Made by a program: the position numbers and the translations under genes
Shown here: piece by piece, positions 51,046 to 62,110 of the stretch
Layout: each line of letters starts with the position of its first letter
How positions within the stretch are numbered: the first letter of the stretch is position 1
The notes under the pieces: generated by a model
What the model was told of the DNA's origin: nothing
Database searches by the model: none
The model's input: the letters and a program-made list of their open reading frames with translations, nothing else
Assembly (NCBI GenBank): GCA_963674865.2
Contig: CAXXYE010000009.1
Span: forward strand, 1,888,001-1,952,000
DNA: 64,000 nucleotides
Direction: 5' to 3'
DNA from: Candidatus Hydrogenedentota bacterium
GTDB taxonomy: Bacteria; Hydrogenedentota; Hydrogenedentia; Hydrogenedentales; SLHB01

Positions 51046-54000
51046 GTGGTGATGCAAGCAAGTAGACTCCTTACGGGCCGTGGGGGAAAAGGCTTGAGCC
51101 GAGCGGCAGGTGTGCAGCGCTGGGGAGGGCTACCGCCTCAGGCCGGCGCTGGGACTACTCTTCTGCTGGCGCTGACAATATGCCTTTTCGGGGCGGTTGC
51201 ATGGGCACAGACGCCCTGCCTCGTCGATAGCGTCACCGATGCGCCCTCATTCAACGTCAGCACTTCGTATGGCACCGCGAATGATCCCATCACGTGGACG
51301 CATACGGTTACTGCCGAGATGTTGGCCTCTGCTACGCAAGCCGGGTTGCTCGTTGAGGCGTACGATATTGACTATCCTTCATCGACCGAGTACGACCGGC
51401 TCTATGTCAACGGCCATGACCTTGGCCTGCTGCAGGGCGTGTCCGACACCTGGGTCGTCGCTGAGAAGACTGTACCTTTGGCGTATCTCCAGGAGGGGGC
51501 GAACACGATTCAGGTGTACGTGGATATCAACAATGAGGGATGGGTGACGCAGGTTAGGGCGAGCGAGTTGCGCATTTACTGCAGCTTCACCGTGTCGGGA
51601 ACAGTAACCGACGGCTCTGATCCTCTGGTGGGCGCCCAGGTTTCTTTCTCTCACAACGGGCACACAGAGACAACGAACGCCTCGGGACAGTACTCTTATG
51701 ATATCTTGAACGGCGTCAATACGACGATCACCGTGACGTATCCGGGGGCGATTGCCTGGACGCCGTCGAGCCGGAATATCACGGTGTCGGGCGCCACATC
51801 CAATCAGAATTTCGTCGCCACGTTCAATCAGGCGCCCGTGATCCAGCAGACTGGCCCGCTTGCGGTCACTATGTCCGAGGATGGCAGCCCAACGGCTTGG
51901 AGCGCTCCCACGCTGAGCGCGACGGATGGCAATGGGCACACGCTGACGTGGAGCGTTTCGAGTGCGGCGTCGCACGGCACGGCGACGGTTTCGGGCACGG
52001 GCGCTTCGCCTCCGACGTTCAACTACGCACCCACCGCGAATTGGTACGGCTCCGACAGTTTCGTGGTGCAAGTTTCGGACAGCTACGATACGGACACGAT
52101 CACCGTGAACGTGACGGTGGAATCCGTGAATGATTCACCTACGGTGGGCACCAACGCGGGAGTTACGGTGGGCGAAGGCGATACGGCAACCATCGGGACG
52201 AGCGAACTCAACGAGAGCGACCCGGATGACAGCGGTACGGGCCTGACGTACACGGTTACCGGCGCCCCGTCGAATGGCGCGCTCAAGTTGTCGGGCAATC
52301 CTACTTCGACTTTCACGCAGGATGATATAGACAATGATCGCGTTACGTACACCCACGACGGTGGCGAGACGACGACGGATAGCTTTGACTTCTCGTTGGC
52401 AGATGGCGGGGAGGATGGCGCCAGTGCGACGACGGGGACCTTCGACATCACGGTGACGCCGGAGAATGATCCTCCTTCGCTGGCGATGTCCTCGGGCACT
52501 GCTTCGTTCACTGAGGACGGCGGGGCCATCATTGTCGACCCGACACTGACGATCACCGATCCTGACGGCGGCGATACACTCGACGGCGCCTCGGTTATCA
52601 TCGACAGCGGCTTTGTGTCTAGCGAAGACGCGTTGAGCTTCACTTCACAGCACGGCGTCACGGGCACTTACAACAGCAGCACCGGCGTACTTACGCTGAG
52701 TGGCTCGGCCACCCCCGCCGAGTACCAAGACGTGTTGCGTTCAGTGACGTACAACAACACGAACGGCGGAGCGCCCGACCTAACCGACCGCAGCATCGTC
52801 TTTGTGCTGGGGAGCAGCCTGTTCTTCAGTGAAAACGGACATTTCTACGAGTTCGTTACGACGGGCGGCATCAACTGGAGTTCGGCAAAGACGGCCGCCG
52901 AGGGCCGGACGTACTTCGGTATGCAAGGCTACCTGGTGACGGTGACCTCAGAAGCCGAGAATAGCTTCACTACGGCGAAGCTGTCCGGTGAGGGTTGGAT
53001 AGGGGCGGCGGATGCGACGGTCGAAGGAACCTGGCGCTGGGTGACGGGGCCCGAAGGGCTTGAGGACGGCGGGAACGGGCGCCATTTTTTCACCCAAACA
53101 TCGAGTCAACTGGGAACCTTCTACGGCGGCGCCACGCCGGGCGGCGGCTACGCGATGGACGGCTACTATAACGGTTGGGCTTCCGGCGAGCCGAACGATT
53201 GGGCCGACGCCGAAGACTGTGCGCATTACTATTCCTCGGGGACCTGGAATGATTACGCGGGCGGCACGAGTGTGGCCGGCTATGTTGTGGAATACGGCGG
53301 TATGCCGGGCGATCCGGACGTTCAGGTCGCTGGTTCGCGCGTCGTTGAGGTTACGGCGCAAAACGACGCCCCCGTCATCACGCAAGGCGCCGGCCCGCTT
53401 AGTGTCACCATGTCTGAAGACGGCGCGCCGACGCCGTGGAGCGCGCCGACGCTGGGCGCCACGGACGTGGATGGTGTGGACACATTGACGTGGAGTGTCT
53501 CGAGCGCCGCGTCGCACGGTACGGCGACGGTTTCGGGCACGGGCGGGTCGCCGCCGACGTTTACGTACGCGCCGACGGGCAACTATAACGGTTCGGACAG
53601 TTTCACGGTGCAAGTTGCGGACGGCAACGGCGGCAACGACACAATCGCCGTGAATGTGACGGTGCAGGCGGTTAACGACGCGCCGGTGATTACTCAAGGC
53701 GCGGGGCCGCTCACGGTGACGATGAGCGAGGACGATTCCCCCACGGCATGGAGCGCGCCGACGGTTGGCGCGACGGACGTTGATACCGGGACGGCGCTGA
53801 CGTGGAGCGTGTCGAGCGCGGCATCGCACGGCACGGCAACGGTTTCCGGGACGGGAGCGTCACCGACGACGTTCACGTATGTGCCGGTTTGGAATTGGAA
53901 TGGCTCGGACAGTTTCACGGTGCAAGTTGCGGACGGCAACGGCGGCAACGACACAATCGCCGTGAATGTGACGGTACAGGCGGTTAACGACGCGCCGGTG

Positions 54001-57000
54001 ATTACTCAGGGCGCGGGGCCGCTTACGGTGACGATGAGCGAGGACGGCTCCCCCACGGCGTGGAGCACGCCGCCGGTTGGCGCGACGGACGTGGATACCG
54101 GAGATACGCTGACTTGGAGCGTGTCGAGCGCGGCATCGCACGGCACGGCAACGGTTTCCGGGACGGGAGCGTCGCCGCCGACGTTTACGTATGCGCCGGA
54201 TGGTGATTGGAATGGTTCGGATAGCTTCACAGTGCAGGTCTCCGACGGCACTGTGGCGGACACGATTTCGGTGGAAGTCACGGTTGAGGCGGTGCAGGAC
54301 GCGCCGGTGATCACTCAGGGTGCGGGGCCGCTCACGGTAACGATGAGCGAGGATGGAGCGCCCACGGCATGGAGCGCGCCGACGCTCGACGCGACTGACG
54401 CAGATACCGGCGCCGCGCTGACGTGGAGCGTGTTGAGCGCCGCGTCGCACGGTACGGCAACGGTTTCCGGGACGGGTGGTTCGCCGACGACATTCACGTA
54501 TGCGCCGGAGGAGAACTGGAACGGCACGGACAGCTTCACGGTACAAGTTTCCGACGGCACGGATGCGGATACAATCGCGGTGGACGTTACGGTCGAAGCG
54601 GTAAACGACGCGCCCGTCCTCGATCCCATTGGAAACCAAGAGGTGCATGAAGGAGGAACGCTGACCTTTGTGATCGCAGGCACCGACGTGGAGGAGGACG
54701 GGCTGAGCTACAGCGCGAGCAATCTTCCGACGGGCGCGACGTTCAATCCGGCGACCCAGACTTTCACATGGGCCACTGGATACGGTGACTCAGGCGTTTA
54801 CACGAACGTGCTCTTCACGGTAACGGACGATGGTACGCCGCCGCGATCCGATTCGGAGACAATCACGCTGACAGTGGGCGAGGTGAACCGCCCGCCCGTA
54901 CTGTATTCCGTCGGCGACCGCGACGTGGCCGAGGGGGCTACGCTGACCTTCACAATCACGGGCGCCGACTTGGACGCCGACGGACTGACGTACAGCGCGA
55001 GCAACCTTCCGACGGGCGCGGCCTTCGACCCGGCGACGCAGACCTTCAGTTGGACGACGGGCTACGGCGACGCGGGCGTTTACACGAATGTGCTCTTCAC
55101 GGTGACGGACGACGGCACGCCGCCTCAGTCCGATTCCGAGGCGATTACGCTGACGGTGGGCGACGTGAATCGTGCACCGGTTCTCGATCCCATCGGAAGC
55201 CGCGAAGTGGCGGAGGCCGCCACGCTCTCCTTCCTGGTGACGGGATCGGATCCGGACGGGAACAGCCTGACGTATAGCGCGAGCAACCTCCCGACGGGCG
55301 CGACCTTTGATCCGGCGACGCAGACCTTCAGTTGGACGACCGGCTACGGCGACGCGGGAGTCTACACGAACGTGCTCTTCAGCGTAACGGACGACGGCAC
55401 GCCGTCGCGATCGGATTCAGAGGCCGTGACGGTGACGGTTGGCGACGTGAACCGCCCGCCCGTGTTCGATCCGATCGGTGATCGGGAGGTGGCTGAGGGC
55501 GCCGCGTTGACCTTTGTGGTCACCGGCTCCGATCCCGATGGCGACGTGCTTACCTATAGTGCGAGCAATCTTCCGACGGGCGCGACCTTTGACGCAACGA
55601 CGCAGCGTTTCACGTGGGTAACGGACTACGGTGACGCGGGCGTGTATCTGAACATACTTCTCACGGTGAGGGATGACGGTACGCCGTCGCAATCCGACAC
55701 GGAGAGAGTGAACGTCACCGTGGGCGATGTGAACCGCCTGCCTGTGCTCGATCCGATCGGTGATCGGGAAGTGGCTGAGGGGGCCACGCTGACCTTTGTG
55801 GTCACCGGCTCCGATCCCGATGGCGACGTGCTTACCTACAGTGCGAGCAATCTTCCGACGGGCGCGACCTTTGACGCAACGACGCAGCGTTTCACCTGGG
55901 CGACGGACTACGGCGACGCGGGTGTGTATGCGAACGTACTGTTTTCGGTGACGGACGACGGTACGCCGTTGCAGTCCGACTCCGAGGCCGTGACGTTGAC
56001 GGTGGGCGACGTGAATCGCCCGCCGGCGCTTGCTCCTATCGGTAGCCGGGAAGTGCCCGAGGGGACTACGTTGACTTTCGTGGTGACGGCGTCCGATCCG
56101 GATAGGGATGCGCTGACGTACAGCGCGAGCAATCTTCCCAGCGGCGCGGACTTCGACGCGGCGACGGGGCGCTTCACCTGGGCGACGGACTATGGCGACG
56201 CGGGTGTGTATACGAATGTCCTCTTTACGGTGAGGGATGACGGCACGCCATCGCGTTCCGATTCCGAGGCGATTAACCTGGCGGTTGGCGATGTGAACCG
56301 CCCGCCGGTACTCGATCCCATCGGCAATCGTGAAGTGGCTGAGGGCGCTACATTGTCCATTGTTGTGACGGGTTCCGATCCAGATGGGGATGCGTTGACG
56401 TACGGCGCAAGCAATCTGCCGCCGGGCGCGGACTTCGATGCGGCGACGCAGACATTCACGTGGGCGGCCGGCTTTGGCGACGCGGGCGTTTACGCGAATG
56501 TGATTTTCACGGCCACGGATGACGGCACGCCGCCGCAATCCGACACGGAGAGTGTGACGATTACCGTCGGCAATGTGAACCGGGCGCCGGAGCTTGAGCT
56601 TATCGGAAGCCGCGAAGTGGCCGAGGGCGCTACGCTCACTTTTGTGGTGAGCGGCTCCGATCCGGACGGGAACGCGCTGACGTACAGCGCGAGCAATCTG
56701 CCCACGGGCGCGGCATTCTATCCGGCGACGCAGATCTTCACCTGGAGCACGGACTTCGGCGATGCCGGCGTATACACGGACGTGCTCTTCACGGTGGAGG
56801 ATGACGGCACGCCGTCCCAGTCGGATTCGGAGAACGTGACGATCATCGTGGGCGATGTGAACCGGCCACCGGTGCTCGCTCCTATCGGCAGTCGTGTCGT
56901 GGACGAGGGGACGACGCTGACTTTCGTGGTGACGGCGTCCGATCCGGATGCGGACGCGCTGACGTACAGCGCGAGCAACCTGCCCACGGGCGCCACCTTC

Positions 57001-59325
57001 GATCCGGCGACACAGCGCTTCACGTGGGCGATCAACCACAGCGACGCCGGCGCGTACACGGGCGTACTCTTCACGGTTGAGGATGGCGGCACGCCGTCGC
57101 AATCCGATTCGGAGTCCATTGTCATCGTCGTGAACAACGTCGCGGCGACGCTCGTCCTGCTGGAGGGCCCGATTGTGTCATCCATCTCGGACACATCCGC
57201 TTCCGTCGAATGGACAACCAGCATTCCGGCGGATAGCGAGGTATCGTACGGACTTTCCGAAGCGGCCCTGCAGACAGGTTCGGACGCAGCCTTGGTGACG
57301 AATCACGTGTTCGACATCCTGGGACTCCAGCCGGATACCGAGTACATCGTGTCCGTGGCGTCGAGCGACGGCGCGGCCAAGTACCGTGTCCAGAGTCCCT
57401 TTGTCCGATTCCGCACCTTGCCGGTGGCGGACATGATGCCTCCCGTCATCCTGCGCGGCCCCACCGTCATCAACCTCACGGAAACCGAGGTGCTGGTTGT
57501 GTGGACTACCGACGAGCCGTCGACAAGTTCCGTGTTCCTGGATGACGGATCGCTGCAATCTTGGGTGGATGATTCTGAACTCGTCACCGAACACGCTTTA
57601 CGGGTGATAGACGTGCTCCCGGACACGCTTTACAGCATAAAGGTGGCGTCGACGGATGCCTCAGGCAATGGGCCGACGGAAAGTGCATTGCTTTCCCATG
57701 CGACGGCGGCAGAGCCGGATCTCACGCCGCCCGACATCACGGAAGGGCCCGTGGTGACGCGCTCGGATCAGGAGCTGCTGACACTGCACTGGCTGACGGA
57801 TGAGCCCGCGACGAGCGTCGTAACCTATGGCCTGGATGAGACGCTCGGATCCGAGGTGGCGGACGAAGCGTTGACGACGGAACACAATGTGAGCGTGGTG
57901 GGCCTTGCCAGCGATACGCCCTACTACTTCCGCGTCTCCTCCATGGATGCCAGCGGCAACGGCCCCGTTGTCAGTCCCATTGTCATGGCGATACCACAGT
58001 CCGAGGTCGACGCGACGGCGCCGGTTATCACCGATGGCCCGCGCGTCATCGGCGTGACGGACACCACGGCGACGTTGTATTGGGAGACGGATGAACTCAG
58101 CGACTCGGTGGTGGATTATGACATCGCCGAGCCGCTCGGCCAGCGCCGATCCGTTCTCAGACACGTCTACAGGCACCAAGTCACGCTCGTGAACCTCCTG
58201 CCCGGCCAGGAGTACCTGTATCAGGTGTCGTCGACGGATATCGCCGGCAACACGGCCACGGCCGACGGCGTCGCCAAACAGAGCAGCGTCTTCACCTTCC
58301 AAACCAACTCGGATCCGGATGTGGAGGCGCCGGCGATCACCTCCGGGCCGGAGATTCTGGAGATAACCGACACGACGGCCATCGTGGTGTGGGACACGAG
58401 CGAGGTCGCGGATAGCGTCGTCGAATATGCCGTGGCCGGCTCGAGCGCGATTCTATCGCGCACGGATCCCTTCTATGTTACCGAGCACCTCGTGGTGCTG
58501 ACGGCGCTTGCGCCCGAGACGCCCTACGAAGTGTGGGTGTTGTCGAGCGATCTGGCCGGAAACGGCCCCGCTGTGAGTGGTGTGCTGTCGTTTACGACGG
58601 ACGCCGGCCCGGACGCCACCGCGCCGGTATTCGTCAGCGGCCCCGTGGTTGAGGATCTGTCGCGAACGAGCGCGACGGTGCGGTGGACTACCGATAAGCG
58701 CACCACGAGCCAGGTCGAATTCGGCCCTTCATCCGGGATCGTAAGCAAAGTGGCCTCGACTACCGGCCTTCACGTGACGCACGAGATCGAACTCACTAAC
58801 CTGACGCCGAACACGGAATACACCTGCGTCGTGACATCCTTCGACGTGTCGCAGAACATGGTGGCCAGTTCGGCGCAAACGTTCCAGACGCGGGCGCGGG
58901 ATACCGACGGCGGCGGCGGCGCCATCCTGGGCCTGGGACTCGCGGGCGCGGGCATTACGGCGGCACTGCTCGTGGGCGGCCATGATGACGGCGGCGGCGG
59001 CGGACCTTGCTTCATCGCCACGGCGGCATACGGCACGCCCCTTGCCTCCGATCTGGATGTGCTGCGTGGCTTGCGCGACCACTACCTTCTCACCAATGGC
59101 GCAGGCACCGCGCTGGTGGATACGTACTATCGGCTCAGTCCGCCCATCGCCGATTTCATTGCGGTGCATCCCGCCGCGGGGGCGCTCGTGCGGCTGCTCT
59201 GCCGGCTCGTGATACTGGCGGCGCATACGCCGCGATGGGTGATTGATGCGGCCGTCGTGGCCTTGGCTATCGGCGTCGCCGCGTCGATGGCGCGACGGCG
59301 GAGGCTGAACGCCCAGAGTCGTTGA
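51046..59325 (+). CDS. Giant surface adhesin: cadherin/Ig-like repeats, C-type lectin, FN3 repeats, CFI-box C-terminus
   Basis: 5 SED-type cadherin-like repeats, lectin (NGHFY..GEPN..WND), 9 repeats of ~94 aa, 6 FN3, hydrophobic segment, PCFIATAAYG; start inferred from GGAGG. Confidence 0.85.
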   Translation: MVMQASRLLTGRGGKGLSRAAGVQRWGGLPPQAGAGTTLLLALTICLFGAVAWAQTPCLVDSVTDAPSFNVSTSYGTANDPITWTHTVTAEMLASATQAGLLVEAYDIDYPSSTEYDRLYVNGHDLGLLQGVSDTWVVAEKTVPLAYLQEGANTIQVYVDINNEGWVTQVRASELRIYCSFTVSGTVTDGSDPLVGAQVSFSHNGHTETTNASGQYSYDILNGVNTTITVTYPGAIAWTPSSRNITVSGATSNQNFVATFNQAPVIQQTGPLAVTMSEDGSPTAWSAPTLSATDGNGHTLTWSVSSAASHGTATVSGTGASPPTFNYAPTANWYGSDSFVVQVSDSYDTDTITVNVTVESVNDSPTVGTNAGVTVGEGDTATIGTSELNESDPDDSGTGLTYTVTGAPSNGALKLSGNPTSTFTQDDIDNDRVTYTHDGGETTTDSFDFSLADGGEDGASATTGTFDITVTPENDPPSLAMSSGTASFTEDGGAIIVDPTLTITDPDGGDTLDGASVIIDSGFVSSEDALSFTSQHGVTGTYNSSTGVLTLSGSATPAEYQDVLRSVTYNNTNGGAPDLTDRSIVFVLGSSLFFSENGHFYEFVTTGGINWSSAKTAAEGRTYFGMQGYLVTVTSEAENSFTTAKLSGEGWIGAADATVEGTWRWVTGPEGLEDGGNGRHFFTQTSSQLGTFYGGATPGGGYAMDGYYNGWASGEPNDWADAEDCAHYYSSGTWNDYAGGTSVAGYVVEYGGMPGDPDVQVAGSRVVEVTAQNDAPVITQGAGPLSVTMSEDGAPTPWSAPTLGATDVDGVDTLTWSVSSAASHGTATVSGTGGSPPTFTYAPTGNYNGSDSFTVQVADGNGGNDTIAVNVTVQAVNDAPVITQGAGPLTVTMSEDDSPTAWSAPTVGATDVDTGTALTWSVSSAASHGTATVSGTGASPTTFTYVPVWNWNGSDSFTVQVADGNGGNDTIAVNVTVQAVNDAPVITQGAGPLTVTMSEDGSPTAWSTPPVGATDVDTGDTLTWSVSSAASHGTATVSGTGASPPTFTYAPDGDWNGSDSFTVQVSDGTVADTISVEVTVEAVQDAPVITQGAGPLTVTMSEDGAPTAWSAPTLDATDADTGAALTWSVLSAASHGTATVSGTGGSPTTFTYAPEENWNGTDSFTVQVSDGTDADTIAVDVTVEAVNDAPVLDPIGNQEVHEGGTLTFVIAGTDVEEDGLSYSASNLPTGATFNPATQTFTWATGYGDSGVYTNVLFTVTDDGTPPRSDSETITLTVGEVNRPPVLYSVGDRDVAEGATLTFTITGADLDADGLTYSASNLPTGAAFDPATQTFSWTTGYGDAGVYTNVLFTVTDDGTPPQSDSEAITLTVGDVNRAPVLDPIGSREVAEAATLSFLVTGSDPDGNSLTYSASNLPTGATFDPATQTFSWTTGYGDAGVYTNVLFSVTDDGTPSRSDSEAVTVTVGDVNRPPVFDPIGDREVAEGAALTFVVTGSDPDGDVLTYSASNLPTGATFDATTQRFTWVTDYGDAGVYLNILLTVRDDGTPSQSDTERVNVTVGDVNRLPVLDPIGDREVAEGATLTFVVTGSDPDGDVLTYSASNLPTGATFDATTQRFTWATDYGDAGVYANVLFSVTDDGTPLQSDSEAVTLTVGDVNRPPALAPIGSREVPEGTTLTFVVTASDPDRDALTYSASNLPSGADFDAATGRFTWATDYGDAGVYTNVLFTVRDDGTPSRSDSEAINLAVGDVNRPPVLDPIGNREVAEGATLSIVVTGSDPDGDALTYGASNLPPGADFDAATQTFTWAAGFGDAGVYANVIFTATDDGTPPQSDTESVTITVGNVNRAPELELIGSREVAEGATLTFVVSGSDPDGNALTYSASNLPTGAAFYPATQIFTWSTDFGDAGVYTDVLFTVEDDGTPSQSDSENVTIIVGDVNRPPVLAPIGSRVVDEGTTLTFVVTASDPDADALTYSASNLPTGATFDPATQRFTWAINHSDAGAYTGVLFTVEDGGTPSQSDSESIVIVVNNVAATLVLLEGPIVSSISDTSASVEWTTSIPADSEVSYGLSEAALQTGSDAALVTNHVFDILGLQPDTEYIVSVASSDGAAKYRVQSPFVRFRTLPVADMMPPVILRGPTVINLTETEVLVVWTTDEPSTSSVFLDDGSLQSWVDDSELVTEHALRVIDVLPDTLYSIKVASTDASGNGPTESALLSHATAAEPDLTPPDITEGPVVTRSDQELLTLHWLTDEPATSVVTYGLDETLGSEVADEALTTEHNVSVVGLASDTPYYFRVSSMDASGNGPVVSPIVMAIPQSEVDATAPVITDGPRVIGVTDTTATLYWETDELSDSVVDYDIAEPLGQRRSVLRHVYRHQVTLVNLLPGQEYLYQVSSTDIAGNTATADGVAKQSSVFTFQTNSDPDVEAPAITSGPEILEITDTTAIVVWDTSEVADSVVEYAVAGSSAILSRTDPFYVTEHLVVLTALAPETPYEVWVLSSDLAGNGPAVSGVLSFTTDAGPDATAPVFVSGPVVEDLSRTSATVRWTTDKRTTSQVEFGPSSGIVSKVASTTGLHVTHEIELTNLTPNTEYTCVVTSFDVSQNMVASSAQTFQTRARDTDGGGGAILGLGLAGAGITAALLVGGHDDGGGGGPCFIATAAYGTPLASDLDVLRGLRDHYLLTNGAGTALVDTYYRLSPPIADFIAVHPAAGALVRLLCRLVILAAHTPRWVIDAAVVALAIGVAASMARRRRLNAQSR

Positions 59326-59343
59326 ACGAGGATAAAGACAGGT

Positions 59344-59392
59344 AAGGGCACGGCCCTCCGGCAGATGCCGCGCGGCCGTGCCCTTCTTCTTT
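59344..59392 (+). terminator. Intrinsic terminator after the adhesin gene
   Basis: aagggcacggcc..ggccgtgccctt followed by cttcttt. Confidence 0.65.
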
Positions 59393-59404
59393 CACTCCGC
59401 AGCG

Positions 59405-59914
59405 CTACTCGGAAGTGGATTGCTGTGGCTTCCGCAGCACGGACACGGTGATGAGCCCGGCAAGAAACAGGCAGACGACGGCCGCGCCCAGGAGCATATA
59501 CACATTCTTCTGCAACCCGCTCTCCAGCACGGATGTGCCGGGATTGGCCGAGTCGTAGTAGACGGAGACTTCGCCTCCCATCGGATAGCGCTTGAGTCTA
59601 TTCTCTGCGGCGCTTTTCGTCTTCTCGTACATATCGGAAGCCGTGATGCGATTGCCCGTGTAGGATGTTCCGTCAACGGAGTACGTATAGCTCACGGACA
59701 GGCGGAATTCCCGGCGGTTGTTTTCCGTCGTGGTTGGCTGCGCACGCGAGGACGTGATGACGCCCTTCGTGGTCGGCCATGACGCGCTTTCTTTGCCGAC
59801 ATTGTACCTGTGTATGCCAACACCCCCGAGAACCAACGCAAATCCCACGAGTGCGGCGACTAAAATGAGTGGATTGCTCTTCGCGTTCTCCTTCTCGGCC
59901 TTCTCTTGCGACAT
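59405..59914 (-). CDS. DUF3592 family membrane protein
   Basis: TM, SWPTTKGVI, YTYSVDG, VSVYYD..P..SVL, TM. Confidence 0.8.
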   Translation of the reverse strand: MSQEKAEKENAKSNPLILVAALVGFALVLGGVGIHRYNVGKESASWPTTKGVITSSRAQPTTTENNRREFRLSVSYTYSVDGTSYTGNRITASDMYEKTKSAAENRLKRYPMGGEVSVYYDSANPGTSVLESGLQKNVYMLLGAAVVCLFLAGLITVSVLRKPQQSTSE

Positions 59915-60233
59915 GGCGTCCCTCCGATGACATTCTTCCTGGAATCCTGAAGCCTCCGACAGCGCATACAGCTCAACTGGTGGAGAGTGTACACGTTTGC
60001 GAAGGCCCCTGGTAGTCCAAATGGCCCCCTGACTATGCCCCCGAAGGTGGCGCGCGCCATGCCGGGAGCACCGTCAGTGGACAACGCGCCGGGTGATATG
60101 CCCCCGCGCCCTGCGAAGGTCGAGCCTCTGCTCGACCTCGGACGCGCGGGAGCGCGTCCCTCCCTGAATGCTCAAGACATAGCACCTCGCCGCAGACAAG
60201 GCTGTCGGTGGTGTGGCCGGTTGGAGGGTGAAA

Positions 60234-60280
60234 TGGTGGGCGGTGCAAGAGTCGAACTTGCGACCCCCTGCGTGTAAAGC
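60234..60280 (-). other. tRNA-Val(TAC) 3' fragment, att-like copy 1
   Basis: gctttacacgcagggggtcgcaagttcgactcttgcaccgcccacca; 5' half absent. Confidence 0.8.
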
Positions 60281-60487
60281 TCCCCGGGGCGTCTGCTCTC
60301 TTTGGGCGACGCCCGTAACATATTCGTGCCATTAGACGTACAAGAATACGAATTCTGCACTAGAGGCTGGAAATGGAGTCCACTTGCCAAGAACAGCCCA
60401 CGAAAACCGGACAAGTCTCTCCCTACCTATTCACGTCGCATTCCTTGGGACTAACGCGGCCGCTCGAACTGGGTGGTTACGCTTCAA

Positions 60488-61588
60488 CTAATGCAGCGTA
60501 ATAACTCTCAGAACCTTCTCACTTGGCCGATATTCCAGTGCGACAAGAAGGCGCGTCGGATAGCCGCTGTCTTGCCTTGCGACCTCAACGATCAAATTGA
60601 ATTTGACGACATTGTGCTGCTCAAGAAAGACCATGTTGTATATGTAACTGGCGTCGATCTTCGCCTCAATTAGTGCGGCCAACTCCCGGCGCCCCAAGGT
60701 GGCAATGCCTGCTTTCTGGAGCTTGCGGATCTTCTCGCGCATCAGGTAGTCGTGTTTCTCCTCGTCCAACTGAATAGTGCATTCATTTAATGGGATGATC
60801 TGGCGCGAGACGGCGTTCAACGACATTTCGGTATCAACTTCAAGACCGCGATAAACAACGCGCTCAATCTTGAAGCCTAAGAATAATCCAAAATAGCACG
60901 ATTGCAGACTGCGCACTTGATATCCGAAGTCCTCATACGGATAACCAGTCATGTTCACGTTCTCATCATTCGAACAATCGTCCTCATGTCCCATGACTAC
61001 AACGTCGCGATACTTCAGAAATGAATGGGCGAGCGTCGTAGAGAGATATGTCTTTGCCCGCGTCTGGAAAGTCGCAGGAATGTAGCCAAGGTACGCGGGC
61101 CAAGCCACTAAATGCTTATGCAATCGCTGTAGTGCGGCATCAGAAAGGTTATTGAGGTAAACACAGTACAGCAGCGTGCCGTGAATGAACTCAAAGGACC
61201 GCGCCAGCACCATAAACTCGTTCAAGACCTCGAAGATCACTTCCTGATTCTTGCCCAATAAGTCGCCGCAAAGAACGCTTTGCGTAGTCCGCCTGTCCAG
61301 GAGCGGCAACATTGTCTTTGCGACTTCATATCCGTACCACACGGAGCCTGTTTCCCGCGAGTCAAAAATGAAACCGGCCTCATTGCGATTTGTCGCTGGT
61401 ACCAACGCCGGCTTGAGCTCCGCATAGGGAACACCCTTCTTGGCAAGCACACGTTGCGTTTCCACGTGCATGGCGTGGATCTCACGATGTACTATGTCGC
61501 TATCGAGTTCAAAGTAATCCCGCATTACCTCAAGCATGCCGTTGTCGCGCGCGTCCAGAGTGAAGATGGTCGGCAAGTATGGCCTCAT
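60488..61588 (-). CDS. Hypothetical islet cargo protein (366 aa)
   Basis: Long AT-richer ORF between the two att-like repeats. Confidence 0.7.
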   Translation of the reverse strand: MRPYLPTIFTLDARDNGMLEVMRDYFELDSDIVHREIHAMHVETQRVLAKKGVPYAELKPALVPATNRNEAGFIFDSRETGSVWYGYEVAKTMLPLLDRRTTQSVLCGDLLGKNQEVIFEVLNEFMVLARSFEFIHGTLLYCVYLNNLSDAALQRLHKHLVAWPAYLGYIPATFQTRAKTYLSTTLAHSFLKYRDVVVMGHEDDCSNDENVNMTGYPYEDFGYQVRSLQSCYFGLFLGFKIERVVYRGLEVDTEMSLNAVSRQIIPLNECTIQLDEEKHDYLMREKIRKLQKAGIATLGRRELAALIEAKIDASYIYNMVFLEQHNVVKFNLIVEVARQDSGYPTRLLVALEYRPSEKVLRVITLH

Positions 61589-61680
61589 GGAACATCACAA
61601 TCGTTTTGTGATTTCTTCATAGCACCGTTGTGCCGCGGTACCGCGGCACAACGTCCCAGCCCTCGGCAAGTCGATTCCCC

Positions 61681-61965
61681 TCATTCCACCGCCGCAATGC
61701 GGCTTTTCACTACAAACGCGTCGAGGCTCTTCTTCAAGAATCGCATCGGCGCTCGTTCGCCGTCGCCGAAGCGCGAGTACATAATCCGGTTCTGGCGAGC
61801 CCACTTGTACAGCGTATCCGGATGGGCCTTAAGATACTCGGCCGCCTCTTCCCGCGTCAAAGGCTGTTCTGCCGCGCCGCCATTTCCCCCGCCGTCATGA
61901 TTTCTATCGGGACTCGTCCCACATCGCCACGATGTGTATGTCGCCCATTGCCCAGTCAAACTCAT
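61681..61965 (-). CDS. Excisionase-like HTH protein (start uncertain)
   Basis: LTREEAAEYL..HPDTLYKW..MRF..LDAF. Confidence 0.65.
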   Translation of the reverse strand: MSLTGQWATYTSWRCGTSPDRNHDGGGNGGAAEQPLTREEAAEYLKAHPDTLYKWARQNRIMYSRFGDGERAPMRFLKKSLDAFVVKSRIAAVE

Positions 61966-62063
61966 GCGGCCGTTATCGTACCGCCGGAGCTGGACTTCGA
62001 GTGAATGGGCGGAGTATCTACGGCGAGAAGGCTCTCGGTGGTGTGGCCAGTTGGAGGGTGAAA

Positions 62064-62110
62064 TGGTGGGCGGTACTGGACTCGAACCAGTGACCCCCTG
62101 CGTGTAAAGC
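62064..62110 (-). other. tRNA-Val(TAC) 3' fragment, att-like copy 2
   Basis: gctttacacgcagggggtcactggttcgagtccagtaccgcccacca; 5' half absent. Confidence 0.8.

Noticed and set aside
60234..62110. Functional tRNA-Val genes
   Set aside because: Both copies lack the D-arm, the 5' acceptor strand and most of the 5' anticodon stem.
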